Shown in pieces: positions 63,088-64,000 of a stretch of DNA of 64,000 bases. A model generated the notes under the pieces. The model had not been told where the DNA came from and ran no database searches. It saw nothing but the letters and a program-made list of their open reading frames with translations. Within the stretch, counting starts at the first letter, position 1. Each line of letters starts with the position of its first letter. The stretch comes from Perna viridis. Taxonomy: Eukaryota. Position numbers and translations under genes: made by a program. The stretch covers positions 28,024,001 to 28,088,000 of the forward strand of contig CM074518.1 in the NCBI GenBank assembly GCA_037379345.1, read 5' to 3'.

Positions 63088-64000
63088 GTTCATAAACTGT
63101 CAAGTTTGGGTTAGATGGAAGAGGAAAGGAAAATTATGGCTCTGTGAATAAAGAGTTTTTATTAGTTTTTAATATAAATTTAACAATAAACATTTCTCTA
63201 TTTTGAAATATCTCTATGGCTATAAATTATTAATATTGGGGCAAGTAATGTGATTTTTAGTACCTTCATATAAGATGGACTAGTCTACAAATATCAAAAA
63301 TCTAATAAATTAGTCAAAATCAATTTTTATACTATTAATAGTTACTTTTGTGATCATAGAAATAAATAAAGTCGAAGCCTTTGCCTTAGATTATTGGCAA
63401 CATAATCACTGAATCAAAACAAAAAACATACCTGTTAACCCTCCAACATTAGGGGGAGACTTTCACAAGATAAAAAAAAAAAGAATTTCCCACATGAAAA
63501 TGTAAGATTTGTGGGAGGATTTTGATTAAAATTACTTCATTTTCTGTTAAATGTACTAAATAATTGAACTTGACATTAAAAGTTTGCCTTTACGCTAAAA
63601 TCTGACACATGAGACAGAATCTCTCACATGAACTGTTACATTGGAAAAAGACACTTTTGTTATGTCTTTAACATGTCATAATACTTATCCAATAAATTAA
63701 AGCAAAATTTATTCATGCATGTAAAAAAAAATCAGTTCTGAATAAATTTAACAATATAATAACCTGATTTTCTACAGATTGCATCAGCATTATTTTTGTA
63801 CACAGTACAAACTATAAACTATATAATATCATTACACACTATGTGTGTCAATATGCAATAATAAAAAAAAATCTCAATCACAATTCCTGCTGCATAATTT
63901 TATGATAGCATTTTCATAAACTTGTTGCAAATCTAATCAATAGGCAATCCTTTATCAGTTAAAATTAACAGCTGACCTGAAGTAAATGATACATCAATAT

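Overview
This is AT-rich, intron-rich animal DNA. The repeat content resembles bivalve (mytilid-like) genomes, which is an inference. I rebuilt three spliced genes from GT-AG sites with consistent phases. (1) The 3' part of an ONECUT/HNF6 gene (+): a TP-box + CUT exon to 806, a ~15 kb intron, a homeodomain exon at 15799-16073 and a long 3'UTR. (2) A BICRA/GLTSCR1-family gene (-): 10 coding exons, 46114->36683, ~1498 aa. (3) TYSND1 peroxisomal protease (+): 9 coding exons, 53113-62069, ~529 aa, head-to-head with BICRA across a CpG-rich promoter. Repeats include a decayed Penelope-like RT, Helentron-type (HINE/pearl-like) elements, MITEs, a dispersed ~240-bp repeat family and a 37-bp minisatellite. 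The most striking unannotated signal is two hidden 57-nt, frame-preserving phase-1 exons in the ONECUT CUT-homeodomain intron (4947-5003 and 10981-11037). One carries a PKA-type RRxS motif and has its donor folded into an exon-intron hairpin; the other carries a SUMO consensus. A second is that TYSND1's SKL targeting signal sits alone on a 14-nt terminal coding exon that competing splice routes could bypass. All splice models are sequence-only predictions.
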